Assembly (NCBI RefSeq): GCF_006345805.1
Contig: NW_021834680.1
Span: forward strand, 1 to 45,763
Source: Octopus sinensis
Taxonomy: Eukaryota
Length of the DNA stretch: 45,763 nt
Reading direction: 5' to 3'
In this document: one piece after another, positions 12,750 through 26,412 of the stretch
Position numbering within the stretch: the first letter of the stretch is position 1
Layout: every line of letters begins with the position of its first letter
Notes under the pieces: model-generated
What the model was told of the DNA's origin: nothing
Databases searched by the model: none
Seen by the model: only the letters and a program-made list of their open reading frames with translations
Made by a program: the position numbers and the translations under genes

Positions 12750-13081
12750 TTACTTGTTTCGAGTAAATCGACCCCGGGACTTATTCTTTGTAAACCTAGT
12801 ACTCATTCTATCGGTGTCTATTGCCCAACCGCTATGTTACGGGGGGCATAAACACTCCAACATCGGCTGTCAAGCGGTGGGTTGGGGACAAATATAGACA
12901 TAAAGACACAGACACACCCATCCACAGATAGATAGTGTGTGTGTATACAAAGGATTTTTTTCAGTTTCCGTCTACCAAATCCACTCACAAGGCTTTGGTC
13001 CACCCGGGGCTATACTAGAAGACACTTGGTCAAGGTGGCATGTGGTGGGACTGAACCCGGAATCATGTAATTAGGAAGCAA
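12750..13081 (-). mobile_element. SINE family B
   Basis: ATCGACCCCGGGACTTATTCTTTG...CAGTTTCCGTCTACCAAATCCACTCACAAGGCTTTGG...GGGACTGAACCCGG. Confidence 0.85.
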
Positions 13082-13186
13082 TCTCTTTGTGTGTGTGCGT
13101 GTGTATGCATGTAAGTATATCTATACATGCCCACTCATTCATACATACACACATATACACTTCTATACATACATATATATACATAC

Positions 13187-13233
<47 letters not shown>

Positions 13234-13436
13234 ATATATATATTATAAACTATTTACAAATATCTAGGTCTCATTCATTCTTTTGTTGACATATTATTAT
13301 TTTATATATATATATAGATATATATTACATACATATATATTAATCTATATATATATAATATATATATATATTATATATATATATTATATATATATATATA
13401 TATATATTTATTCTTTTTTTTTTCTTCTTCATCTTC

Positions 13437-13480
13437 ATTATTATTATTATTATTATTGTTATTATATTATTATTATTATT

Positions 13481-13511
<31 letters not shown>

Positions 13512-13531
13512 TATTATTATTATTATTATTA

Positions 13532-13583
<52 letters not shown>

Positions 13584-13608
13584 TACTATTATTATTATTA
13601 TTATTTTA

Positions 13609-13650
<42 letters not shown>

Positions 13651-13657
13651 TATTATT
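13437..13657. repeat. (TTA)n microsatellite
   Basis: Direct reading. Confidence 0.95.
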
Positions 13658-14140
13658 TTGAAATTGGGGAACACGGTTTTTTTGTTTTTTTTTTTGAGAA
13701 ATAAAATTATATTAATTTCTATTGCAAGTTACCTTTTTGTACGCGAACGACTTTTGGAAATAGGTGTAAATTTTGCCATCGAAATAGACTCTAGTATTAG
13801 TTTACACTCGGTTTGATGGTGGATAAGCGAGATTCTGTGATTTAGGTGGCTATTAAGCAGTTGGACAACATTAGGCATTTGTTTATTTGTCTATCTAGCA
13901 CTACATTATGCAATGTCAAGACAAAAGGGTGTGAACTGAGGTAGATTTGATTGCCATTTTTCACATGTTTATCAACCATATAAACGCACCTTAGTGGTTC
14001 CTTGTAGATCTCGCCCGCTAAAAATATTTCATAGACCGCCTTAGCACCCGATGAAATACATTATGGTATTCAGTTATTGCCCGATTCTTTACGTTCCCAG
14101 CTCATTCAGGGTCCGGATTTAAGTCAACATAACTTTCCCT

Positions 14141-14424
14141 CTTTCTAAACGTAGCCCTTTTCAAGCCTAGTCAGGCTCATGGGCCCGGTTTCCCAGTTTC
14201 TGTGGCGCATGTTTTACCTCCCCCCCAGCTGGACGGGACGCCAGTCCATCGCAGCGTTACTCAAGAAACAGGAAGAGAGAGTGAGAGAAAGTTGTGGCGA
14301 AAGAGTACAACAGGGGTCGCCACCCACCTCCTGCCGGAGTCTCGTGGAGCTTTTAGGTGTTTTCGCTCAATAAACACACACAACGCCCGGTCTGGGAATC
14401 GAAACCGTGATCCTCCGACCGCGA
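14141..14424 (-). mobile_element. tRNA(Arg)-related SINE, family C variant 1 (5'-truncated)
   Basis: 14262-14424 is the reverse complement of 42196-42346; distinct tail containing GCGATGGACTGGCGTCCCGTCCAG. Confidence 0.85.
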
Positions 14425-15556
14425 TCCTCCACCTTTCCTCTTTCTACGTTGGTATAATAAAATATCAGTCATATACTGGTGCTAAAACAATCCTCCTCCT
14501 CCTCATCTTTCCCACTTCTATAAATTGTTGGTGTTGTGACACTGTTAGACAGTGTCAACGACAGGTCCTCAACGTGGTTGCTCAGATTCCAAAAGAAGCA
14601 GTTGTTAAATTTCATTTAAAAATAACAATAAAATGACTGGATGGTCATAATTTTGGATGCCTCTAATTATAGGTTTGGTCGATCAGAACCAAGTTATACC
14701 TAAAGAACAAAAAAAAAAAAACCACAATAACGTCAACAACAATAACAACAACAGCAACAGCGAGCAGTACAGAGCTCAAGGTAAAGACTAGGCGAGCCCC
14801 GGTAGGTTTTAGAATTATAATTGAAAGACATTGCATCTCACACCTTTACTGCCGTTGGCAAATGAAAGAAGGAAGGTTACATATATCATTTCCTTTTATA
14901 AGAGTAACGATTAATAGCAATCCCTTCATAGCGCCGTAAAATTGATAGCAAACGACCACAAAGAATCTAATAATTTGGAACTCAGCGAACGCAGTGGTCA
15001 CGTTGGAAATGCTTGATTTAAAAAAGAAATAGATGACGGCTTCTATATCGATTTTTACACCTCTCCCTCGCAACAGAGATCAATAATCTAAGTATTAGTA
15101 TCAGAAATAGGTTGATTCAGTCGACCTCGCATGATTCTTCTACAAGAAAATTTTGTCTTAAGTCAAATCAAAATATTTTGAAATGGATGAATAACGGAAT
15201 GATATGCACACATACATACAATCATACATACATACATACATACATACATACATACATACATACATACATACATACATACATGCATACATACATACATACA
15301 ATTATACATATATACATACATACATACATACATACATACATACATACATACATGCATGCATACACAAATACACACCAGCGCACTAAGACACAGACACATG
15401 TATATATGCACTCACTTATAAAGACACACACATACACACACACATATATATATACTCATATAGTTATGAACAATACAGCAAAGAATGCGACTCTGAGTTG
15501 ACCATCTGCTTTTACATATACATACATACATACATACATACATACATGCATGCATG

Positions 15557-15588
<32 letters not shown>

Positions 15589-16092
15589 CATACATATATG
15601 TATATATATGTATATATATATGCGTGTGTGTGTATATCATATTTTATTTTATTACATCATAATATACTATATTATAAATATATAAGCATATATGTCTATG
15701 AATAAAAAATATATAAAGAATGTTGACTATATATAATATAGATAATATATATTACTTACCCACCAACACTATACGCACACAGTACAGACGCATGCACACG
15801 TAGACACCCCACCACTCTGACAGATATATGCATTTGAATTTACAAACGTATTGAAATTTATCTATGTATGTATATATATATGTACGGTGAGCGTACGTCT
15901 GTTGTTTTTGTGTAAATTCTCACAATATATATATATGTGTGTGTGTGTGTGTATAAAGAGAGGGAGGGAGAGAGAGAAAGAGAGAGAGAGAGGCGTGCAC
16001 GCAGCGTGAGAGAGATATAAAGAAATACATACTTAGACACTTGGACAGACAAACAGTCAGATAGATAGACAGACAGGCAGACAGAGACTGAT

Positions 16093-16168
<76 letters not shown>

Positions 16169-16192
16169 GTAGGTAGGTAGGTAGATAGATAG
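16093..16192. repeat. (GATA)n microsatellite
   Basis: Direct reading. Confidence 0.95.
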
Positions 16193-16459
16193 ACATGTGT
16201 TTGTGCGTGTGTGTGTGTGTGAAAAAGATATAGTGTTCCTGAGAAATAAATCGTTATTGTAAATTTAATGTTGGTGAAATTCTTTAAGCTAAACATATGT
16301 ATTAGATAAAGATTCTGCTAATGAGAATTTGAAGAAATTCATGTTTTCGCCAAAGTATTAATCATCCGTTAGTGTTTTGTGTTAAGCACAGAACTGGAGC
16401 CAAAATTATCGATTTCTTACTTGGACGCGCGTTAAGTGATGTGATAGTACGCAAGTTGT

Positions 16460-16501
16460 GATATATATATATATATATATATCTGATATATATATATATA
16501 G

Positions 16502-16555
<54 letters not shown>

Positions 16556-16937
16556 AGTGTATATATATATATATATATAATATATATATATATAAATACA
16601 TAATACATACGTAACATACACACAAACATACCTACATACATATATATATGCATATATATATATGCACACACATATATATATACATATATATACAAACACA
16701 TTTATATATACTACATACATAATACATATATATATCTGTATATGTAATGTGTATATATATACACAACATATATACATATATGTATGTATGTGTATGTATG
16801 TATATATATGTAATATATTTGTATATATATATATATATATTATATATATATATATAATATTATATATATATGTATACAAATATATATATATACAAATATA
16901 TATACATACATATATGTATATATGTTGTGTATACACG

Positions 16938-17008
<71 letters not shown>

Positions 17009-17060
17009 CCATCTATACATACATACATGTATATATGCATAAATGCATATATTCGTTCAT
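16460..17060. repeat. Long compound (TA)/(CA)/(TG) low-complexity tract
   Basis: Direct reading. Confidence 0.9.
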
Positions 17061-17278
17061 ACATACTATATATCTTCATGTATACAAGCACGCCAGCAAA
17101 CAAGAGCACGCATGCACGGTCCCGCGTACACACTCTCATATGTGTGTGTGTGTTTGTATTCGCGAACGTTCGTGTATGTGCGTATAAAATATATACATAC
17201 ATACACACATTCATATCTAGCTATCTATCTCATCTTTCCATATATCTGTTTTTCTGCCTGTCATCTGTGTATATATAT

Positions 17279-17356
<78 letters not shown>

Positions 17357-17577
17357 GGATGAAAGCACACACGTATATATTTATTATTCTTGTTAAAAAA
17401 TAATAAATATATACGTATGTATATAGATGCGTATAGATATGTATATATTTCTGTGTGTGCATCTCTATAGTAGTATACGCGAGCGTGATGTTTGCGAGTG
17501 TGCGTGTATGCGTTTTTATAACTTTATTTAAATGCTGAATCGATGTATTGAGTTCTGTACTATTTCAGTTATATTTG

Positions 17578-17631
<54 letters not shown>

Positions 17632-17689
17632 CGTGACATACAGAGAGACACTCACACATACATTATAGTAATATAAAATAATAATAATA

Positions 17690-17723
<34 letters not shown>

Positions 17724-18140
17724 TGTGTACAGTGCTCAGGTGCACTACAACTCATCTAAAGTGTATATATAATCAGGTGTAGTTTCGGCGGATTTCGGAA
17801 AGCTGAGGGCCTTAAAGGATGCAGTGTCATGGCAGTCAACAACTGACGCAGGCAGTTTATTCCATGCTTCAGCAACTCTGAGCGTGAAAAAATGTTTCCG
17901 AAAGTCATGGGAGCTGTGTTGTTTTCTGACTTTGTAGGCATGTCCACGTGTGTTAGACACATGGAGATCAAAAAGGTGTTCAGTGTTGTTGTTGGTGAGG
18001 TGGTTGATAACTTTGTGGGTGTTTACCAAGTCCGTCGCCAGACGCCGGAGCTTCAGTGAATCCATGCCCAGGGAAACAAGGCGCTCAGAATATGGTAGGT
18101 GTCTGATGGAGGGTATGCGTTTGGTTGCACGTCTCTGGAC
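17724..18140 (-). mobile_element. CR1/L2-group LINE 3' fragment (ORF2 C-terminus plus 3' UTR)
   Basis: Translation QRRATKRIP...YSERL..L...SL..RR...DL...TRGH..K.......FRKHFFTLRVAEAWNKLP..VV....TASFK is typical of a CR1-group ORF2 end. Followed on the element strand by a (TTA)n tail at 17678-17722. Confidence 0.9.
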
Positions 18141-18329
18141 AGATATATAAATACACACACATTCACATGCACGCATACATCACATATCTATGTACATATA
18201 TATGTACACACATATATGCTTTAACTTTCACGAACGAGCTATGATTTCCTCCTATAGCTGTATGTTCAAAGGTGCTCAGGCCGTAATAATCTCGTCATTC
18301 AACGTACCAAAAATCACAATGTCTAAATG

Positions 18330-18664
18330 CAGGGGTTCTAAACCATTTTTTTTTCTGTATCTATGGAACCCTTTGATTACTATTCGATTCTGTTGGACCC
18401 TGTAGCTATTCCCTGTTTAAAAACTAGTTGTATACTCTTTTAACTCTTTTACTTGTTTCAGTCATTTGACTGTGGCCATGCTGGAGCACCGCCTTTAGTC
18501 GAGCAAATCGACCCCAGAACTTATTCTTTCGATGCCTAGTACTTATTCTATCGGTCTCTTTCGCCGAACCGCTAAGTTACGGGGTCGTAAACACATCAGC
18601 ATCGGCTGTCAAGCAATGTTGGGGGAACAAACATACAAACAAACATATACACATACATACATAC

Positions 18665-18726
<62 letters not shown>

Positions 18727-19213
18727 TACGACGGGCTTCTTTCAGTTTCCGTCTACCGAATCCACTCACAAGGCTTTGGTCGGCCCGAGGCTATAGTAGA
18801 AGACACTTGCCCAAGGTGTCACGCGGTGGGACTGAACCCGGAACCATGTGGTTCGTAAGCATGCTACTTACCACACAGCCACTCCTTCGCCGACAGAAGT
18901 GTATAGATACTTCTTTCAAAATTCTCATTTTGTCTTTCATCCATTCAGTTACTTTCATCCATTCAGTTACTTAGGTTTGCAATAGCACCCCCTATGAGAA
19001 CATTTTTCAGTGGCTGGAAACATCTTTAACTATGTAAAATATTAGAGAAAGAAACGTAGCTGTTTTATATAATAAATACTGCTGAAGCAAAATTTTTCCA
19101 TGAATCCTTATAAAACTATTGTGGATCCTCAGTTTACTATTTTGGTTGTGTGGACCACCAAAAATCTTGCATGGACCACTCGCAATCACATGCATCCTAG
19201 TTGAGAACTACTG
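18330..19213. mobile_element. hAT-like non-autonomous DNA transposon containing a SINE B insertion
   Basis: Termini CAGGGGTTCTAAAC / GTTGAGAACTACTG; flanks GTCTAAATG (18321-18329) and GTCTAATG (19214-19221). A related 5' end occurs at ~5286. Confidence 0.65.
18435..18890 (-). mobile_element. SINE family B, near full-length
   Basis: Close reverse-complement match to 44594-44989; internal (TA)n. Confidence 0.9.
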
Positions 19214-19347
19214 GTCTAATGTGCGATTTGGGAGAAATTTGACTCCTATTTCTATGGGCACAAGAAAGTGCTTAGGGCCGTTGTTTTTTAAATTTCTTTT
19301 CAAGACTCTTAACCTCTGCTGGATGAACGATTAAGCAAATTAAGCGA

Positions 19348-20104
19348 GTGCTTAGTGCATCAAGGGAAGCAGGGCACCATAAAAATGGTAATTGGTTTAC
19401 GGCACAAAAGAAATCTCTTTAAACTTGCTAAAATAATATTCGATATGGTTTGTGATAATGGAAATAAATTTCGACGTGTCCATGGTCTCTCAGTGAAGAT
19501 CTAGTCAGAGGCTTTGCAATTAAAAAATGAAGAAACTTTTTCAAATATAGATAAAATGGAAGTTTATGAAAATAAACATTACTTTCCATCTTGCTGCTAG
19601 TTTTGTATCCTTTTCAAAAATAAAAATTTACTTTATGGTTTATTATTGTTTATATTTTGAATTACATATATATATATATGGGAGTACCAAAATCTTGTAG
19701 GTGCTTAGGGCCTCTAATTACCTTAGTCGGGCTCTGCTCGTACCTCTAGGCCTCAAAATTATGTTTGTACCTCCTTTAATCGAAATTTCTAATTAGACCA
19801 TTAAATTCGCTGGCTGCTGTTGCTTTTGGAGATGTCAAGCTCTTTGGTTTTGAGAACGCTTCGGATTCATGTTGAACGTCCTGCCGTATCGAAATTAATT
19901 AATTGATTAAATTTATCTTTTACTTCTACTTGCTTCAGTCACTGGGCTGCGGCCATGCTGGGGGTACCGCCTTCAAAGATTTTTGTTGGTACTTATTCTA
20001 TCTGTCCTTTTGTCGAACCGTTGAGTTTTTCGGACGTAAACAAACCAACACCGGTTGTCAAGCGGTGTCAGGGGCAACAACAAACACAAAGACCCACGCT
20101 TATC

Positions 20105-20135
<31 letters not shown>

Positions 20136-20190
20136 GCACGCATACACACACCTTCACATATTACTCTCTCTCTCTGTCCCTCTCTGTATC

Positions 20191-20273
<83 letters not shown>

Positions 20274-21110
20274 AGCTTTAATACAATTGCTGTTTAGTAA
20301 ATTCACTCAAGGCATTTATAGGCCCAGTGTTACAAGAAACGATACTTTCCTAAGTTTCCAAGGTATTGCGCAGTGAAACTGAACTCAAAACCCACTGATT
20401 GCAAAGCGACCTTCTTAACCACACACTCCCATGTTCGCGCCATAATTAGATAAATAAAACTATGAATTAAAGTTGTATTTTTCAGATGTAGAACAAAAAC
20501 AAAGAAAGTAGCTTGTTTTGCATCCTCTTCAAGAATTTGCGTGGTGCATCCCTTGTGTATGGCTTGCACTTCAGGTGAAGAACCACTAACCGAGTTCTTC
20601 GTTGTGTTTGCTTGCTACATCTCTTTGCTTTTGTTTTCTTTTGTGTTATTTTAATGATGGATGGGCAATTTAGACAGGTTGGATTACGACCCATAGAAGT
20701 CCTAAATTCTTAAAAAAAACTTTGGTTCTCCCATACATATGTAATTCAAAATATAAACAATAATAAAACAAAAAATAATTTTTTATTTTTCAAAATGAAA
20801 AAAAAGATGGAAAATAATGCTTATATCAAATATAAGCATTATTTTTCACTTTATTTACATTTCAAAAGTTTTCTCCAACCCTTTTTTAATTCAAGTCTTT
20901 GATCGGATCCTCACTATGAGACCATGAACACTTCAAAATTATATTTCCAATCATAAAAACACTTCGAATACTCGTTTAGCAAGTTTAAAGTTATTTCTCT
21001 TATGCCTTAAACCATTTACCATGTGATGTATGCGTGCATGTGAATGTGTATGCCTTAAACCAATTACCGTTTCAGTGGTTTTCCCTCACTTCCCTTGATT
21101 CTCTAAGCAC
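19348..21110. mobile_element. Old DNA-transposon-like element with long diverged terminal inverted repeats
   Basis: Arm ~19348-19590 is the diverged reverse complement of ~20806-21110 (e.g. GGTAATTGGTTTACGGCA / TGCCTTAAACCAATTACC; TTTAAACTTGCTAAA / TTTAGCAAGTTTAAA). Confidence 0.65.
19921..20440 (-). mobile_element. SINE family B, diverged
   Basis: CTGCGGCCATGCTGG...AACACCGGTTGTCAAGCGG...CTTCTTAACCACAC. Confidence 0.75.
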
Positions 21111-21683
21111 GTGGTTGTTTTGGTTAATGGTAAATACAGCGCTGTATTTAGTCAAGCAAAGACTGTGTAGAATGATTATTGCGTTAGTTGTATTTTGCGT
21201 TTTAATATAGGGCAGTGATTATGTATAACAGGTAATGTATGGATTGTGTTATTTCATTGTGTTTCTTCACTTTCAGTGGTGTATGGGATGATATAGTATC
21301 GAGTGTCGATTAAATAAGGGTATGTGTCGTATTATTAATATGAGGTGCGATTAGTTCGGAGTCTGCACCGTATAGGTTGAGTTATATTATTGCTTGTCAA
21401 TTCTATAGAATATATGCTGTGTGAGTTATTGAGTGGTGGCTATCTCGATTATTAATTGCTGCTAGGGACATCACATTAAATTTTGCTGGATTTAATTTCT
21501 ATGCAAAATCTGTAGAGAGGACTTAAGAAAGTATCTGTATCATGTGTCGTGTGGGCTGTGCATATGTTAATGGATGTTGATTCTGTAGTGTATTGAATTT
21601 ATATATATATTTTTGGGTGATAGCTCTATACAGTATGTGCTGTGTAGATTGTGTATGGATTGAGTACTGAGTGAATTGTATCA

Positions 21684-22105
21684 AGGCAGCGAGCTGGCAA
21701 AATCGGCAGCGCTTTAAGAAAAATGCTTCGCGTTTCTTTCGGACTTCTGTCCCGAGTTCAAATTCTGTTCAGGTCAACATTGCCTTTCATTCTTCGGGGT
21801 CGATAAAATAAGTACCAGTTAAGCACTGTGGTCGATTTAATCGACTTAGTCTCTCCCCCGGAATTGTTGGTCTTGCGTCAAAATTTGAAACCAATATTAT
21901 TATCATTATTAAAGGCGATGAGCTGGCATAATTGTTAGCATGTGGGTAAAATGCTTAGTGGCATTTCGCCCGTCTTCACGTTCTGGATTCAAATGCCGCC
22001 GAGGTCGACTTTGCCTTTCATCCTTTTGGATGTGAAACACTGGGTCGTTGCAATCGACTTACCCATTCTGCCGAAGTTGCTGGTCTTGTGCCAAAAATTT
22101 GAAAC
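21684..22105 (+). mobile_element. Two adjacent SINE family A copies (21684-21892, 21912-22105)
   Basis: Each has a GAGCTGGCA head, a TTCAAAT B-box-like motif and TTGCCTTTCAT. Confidence 0.8.
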
Positions 22106-22119
22106 CATTATTATTATTA

Positions 22120-22169
<50 letters not shown>

Positions 22170-22655
22170 GAGTGAGAGAGCAGTGCATACCATCAAAGTG
22201 ACACTGGGGTAAAATATACGAAGCTCAGTATGCCCATCATGACTACCTGTCTGACAAGGGTACACCAGGCACATGCATCACAACCATATGTGCGCGACAT
22301 GGTGATCTTATATCACGATAAACAGCGCATGACCTTGCAGGTGGGGCCCAGTTAGAACTTTCTTCTGATTGAGTGGCCCATCCCGCTCAAATGGTCCCTG
22401 AATAAGAGTTTTTAAGGATGTTGAACGAACCACCCATGTTTCCAAATGTGAATTATCCAAGCTTCCAAGAATTCCTTTCAACACACGGCTCTGATGCTCC
22501 CCCACTACTTCTGCTCGTGATCAGAGATGTACATATTACCAGCCACTAAGGGACATACTCAACTGGTTATGGTCAAACAACTGACAAGCAAATCTGTGGT
22601 ATTGAGCAGAATATTTGCTGTAGCCCATCTTTTACACCAAGACAAAACAATGTAC
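22170..22655 (-). mobile_element. Non-coding retroposon-like family D embedded in (TAA)n, truncated copy
   Basis: Homologous along its length to 43066-43548; (TTA)n arrays on both sides. Confidence 0.8.
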
Positions 22656-22752
<97 letters not shown>

Positions 22753-23247
22753 CATCATCATCATCATCATCATTATTACCATTATCATTATTGAGCTGGA
22801 CTAAAGAGGTGAGCTGGTAGAATTGTTAGCATGCAGCCCTTTATGTGAGCTGCAGAAATGATGAGCTTGCTCTCACGACCACGACGACTGCATAACGATG
22901 GCAACAATGACCTGTAAGATAACTACAGCAGCAGCAGCAGCAGCAACTCCACCATACTCTAGCCGCGCATCAAGGGACTTAACCGAGCTACATGTTTCTA
23001 CTTATCAAAAAATCCATTGAATTTATTTAGTTGAATTAGCAAATTCTTGGTCTGCTTTCGCTTATATTGATAAGATGGGTCTTGCTGCTGGTGGTGGTGG
23101 TAGAGGTAGTGGTGCTGATGTTGATGGTTGTTATGATGGCGGTGATGGCGGTGGTGGTGTCGGTGGTGGTACTGACAGTGTGGTGGTGGGGGCAGGAGAT
23201 GAAAATATGGCCAGTGGTCTCAAAAGGAAGAGAAAGAAGGGGAGAGA

Positions 23248-23292
<45 letters not shown>

Positions 23293-23561
23293 TCAGAGAG
23301 AAGACAAAAAGAACGAAAGAGAAGGAGAGAGGAAAAGAAATGGCAGCGGCAGACATTTAACAGATTAAAAGCAACAAATAAATAAAAGCAAAAAGAAATA
23401 ACAAAATAAACAAAAATTGAAATAGGAAAAGAAGGAAGGAAAGAACAAAGGAAGAACCGAGGAAAAAAAACGGGAAAATGGAAACCGAATTTCAATCACG
23501 TGACACAAAAAGAAAAATCTTCCATTTTATCATAAATTACTGTAACATTAATTCACATACC

Positions 23562-23693
<132 letters not shown>

Positions 23694-24270
23694 TTGACGT
23701 ACGCTCTTCAATAACCATTTGAACATCTTTTCCATTGATTCAAACCAGTTGTGTTTAATATCAGATACTAAGGTTTTTTAAGACTTGAGGCCAATTCAAG
23801 CCATAATTCTTCAATTCTCTAATTCTGTGAGAATTAGAGAAAGAGAAAGAGAGGAGGGGAAGAAAGAGAATGAGGGAGAGGGGAAAATGGAACGATACAG
23901 ACGATAAAGGGAGAGAGAGAGTGTGGGGAAGATGAAAGCAAAGTTGGTGTTGAAATTCTTTTGCATTTCGACTTCATTATTTGGCACATTTTTTTGTCTT
24001 TGACAAAATTCCTTCGTCATTTCATTCCCATTCCAAATTTCATTCAAAATTTCACTTTCTTTCATATTCAGACACATTTAGATATTTCTTTTATATTGAA
24101 TTTTATATTTTATCCTTTTCAATCGTTGACTGTTTCATCTTTTGCAGCCAATCAATTAATCAATAATTAAAATAATTATATATACATGTATATATGTATA
24201 TATATATGTATAATTATATATACATGTATATATGTATATATATATGTATATATATATATATGTATATATA

Positions 24271-24303
<33 letters not shown>

Positions 24304-24730
24304 TAATATAATATAATATGATACACAAATATATACATACATATAGATGTATATGTGTATACACACATATATACACATATACACATAAACGTATATGGAG
24401 ACATATATACTCTAATGTGTACCTCTTTAATCTGTCAGTTAATCTGTTTGTCTATTTGTGTCGGTTTGAGTGTATGTGTGTGTGTCTGCGCTTGTGTGTG
24501 TGTGTGTACATATGTAAATACAATGCATTTTTAACTCACGATAAAAAGACTCAATGCGTGTGCTGAGTATATATTTTTATTGAAAGAAGAAAAAAACACG
24601 ATAACCGACCAATTTCCTCTTCGTAGACTATAAGTCTTATGGTTCTGTATGCTGAGAAAACTGGTCAGTCATAGACAGAAACTATACTTTCAATGCACAC
24701 ATTCAGGCACACACGTATGCGTGCATACAT

Positions 24731-25150
24731 GTTAGTTAGTTAGTTAGTTAATTTGGCTCAAAAGCAAATAGCAAGGCCATGTAGGGGGACATGGAGTTAA
24801 GTACAGGGTGGTGTTCATGTAAAGAGTTCAGGCCACTTGAGGTCCAGGGAGGCTTTGAACAAAGCGGTCGTCGGCATCTTCACCATCTCGTCTGGCAGCT
24901 TGTTCCACGGATCCGCAACCCGGACGGAGAAAGCTCCTCTCCTTCGATTGAGATGAAATCGTCGCAGGTAGAGCTTTTCGGAATGACCCCGCAGCCGACG
25001 CTCCGGAGCAGGAGTGAAGAACAGCTCTTTCGAGAGGTTACACTTCCCGCTTATGATGTTGTGGGCGAGAATGAGATCACCACGGCGGCGGCGTTTTTCA
25101 AGAGAATAAAGGTCGAGCGTCCTCAGCCTTTCTTCGTAGGACAAATTTTT
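24731..25150 (-). mobile_element. CR1-group LINE 3' fragment (second family)
   Basis: SYEERLRTLDLYSLEKRRRRGDLI...RGHSEKL......RRGAFSVRVADPWNKLP......ALFKASLD, then stop, short UTR and (AACT)n tail at 24731-24750. Confidence 0.9.
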
Positions 25151-25552
25151 GAGACCATTTCAGGATTTATACAGATTCACGTATTACGATTTGTATCATA
25201 TTTGCTTTCCTTCTGTTAGTTACAGTATATTTGCAGGTGACAGTGAAGCAAAAAGTCATATCAGGCTTACTGCAAATCATTTCAAAATAAGATTCTTACA
25301 ACACATGCATACACAGACACTCGAAAAATTGCGCCTTTACTTTAATATGGGGCTATATCACGAGTTCCAAGGATGATATGATTGGCAATTACAAATTCGC
25401 TTGGATCAATACAGGCATGTGTCTTACATTTAAGATTTTAGAAAATGCGATCTCTCTCTCACTTTTTTCTTTTCTTTTAGGGAGCTCAAAAGTAGCTGTT
25501 TGCAAATGATGAATTGATGAATTCTGCAAATACATCAATCGCTATTTGTTGA

Positions 25553-26412
25553 GGAATTTCTCATCTATTCAGTTTCGCTCAAAGATTTTTTAAATATGTT
25601 TTTGTGTTTTAACTAATCCGTTTGAAACTTCTGATACTGGTATAATTTCTCACGCTGAACACGGCTTACTTTCAACCCTTTTGACAAAACTTCGTATTTT
25701 AGAAGTTATTTCATGTTAAAGTTGTCGTATTTAGGTAATTTTAACCAATCAACGACGTGTATTCAGTTGAAGAATGCTACTGCTGTTTGCGATAGTAATC
25801 GAAGAGCAACAACTTACGGGCCATCTCTTCTAATTGTCACCACTCTGTTCTATTTCATTTTTGTTTACTGCCTTTGTTGCATATTACACGTTTGTTTTTG
25901 TTTCTTGCATCGGAGTAACCAGTAAACATCGTGAATTAACACCAAGAAGGAAGAAATATTATTTACATATATTTATTCGTTTACTCAACATGTAGTTAGA
26001 GATACAGCAGTAATTGTTGAGGCAGTGACAACAAGTTCGCTCGCTGGTTAGTAGTTGATAGTGTAGAAGTGACTGTCTGCTAGTAGAGAAGGAAAGAGTA
26101 AGGAAAGCATGGTGCTGACTAGAAAGGAAGAAAGGATAAAGGTGGCATGACCCGGAAGTGGTAGCTCTTTGACTACTATCGTAAACAGCAGTAGCTTTCT
26201 CCAAATGAATACACGTCTCTGATTGGTTAAAATTACCCAAATACGACTACTTCAACACGAAATAACTTCTAAAATACGAAATATTGTCAAAAATGTTGAA
26301 AGTAAACCGTGTTCAGCGTGAGAAATCACACGAGTGTAAGTATTTTCAAAATGTTTAGTTAAAAAAATAACTAAAAAATCTGTGAGCGAAATTGAACAGA
26401 TCCGGAATTTCC
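25553..26412. mobile_element. MITE/foldback-type element with ~265-bp TIRs
   Basis: 25553-25821 is a diverged reverse complement of 26151-26412 (e.g. ATTTCTCACGCTGAACACGG / CCGTGTTCAGCGTGAGAAAT). Confidence 0.85.

Noticed and set aside
21110-21680. Strand-biased (G/T-rich) segments here and at ~28440-28870 suggesting old LINE remnants
   Set aside because: No recognisable protein motifs could be recovered.
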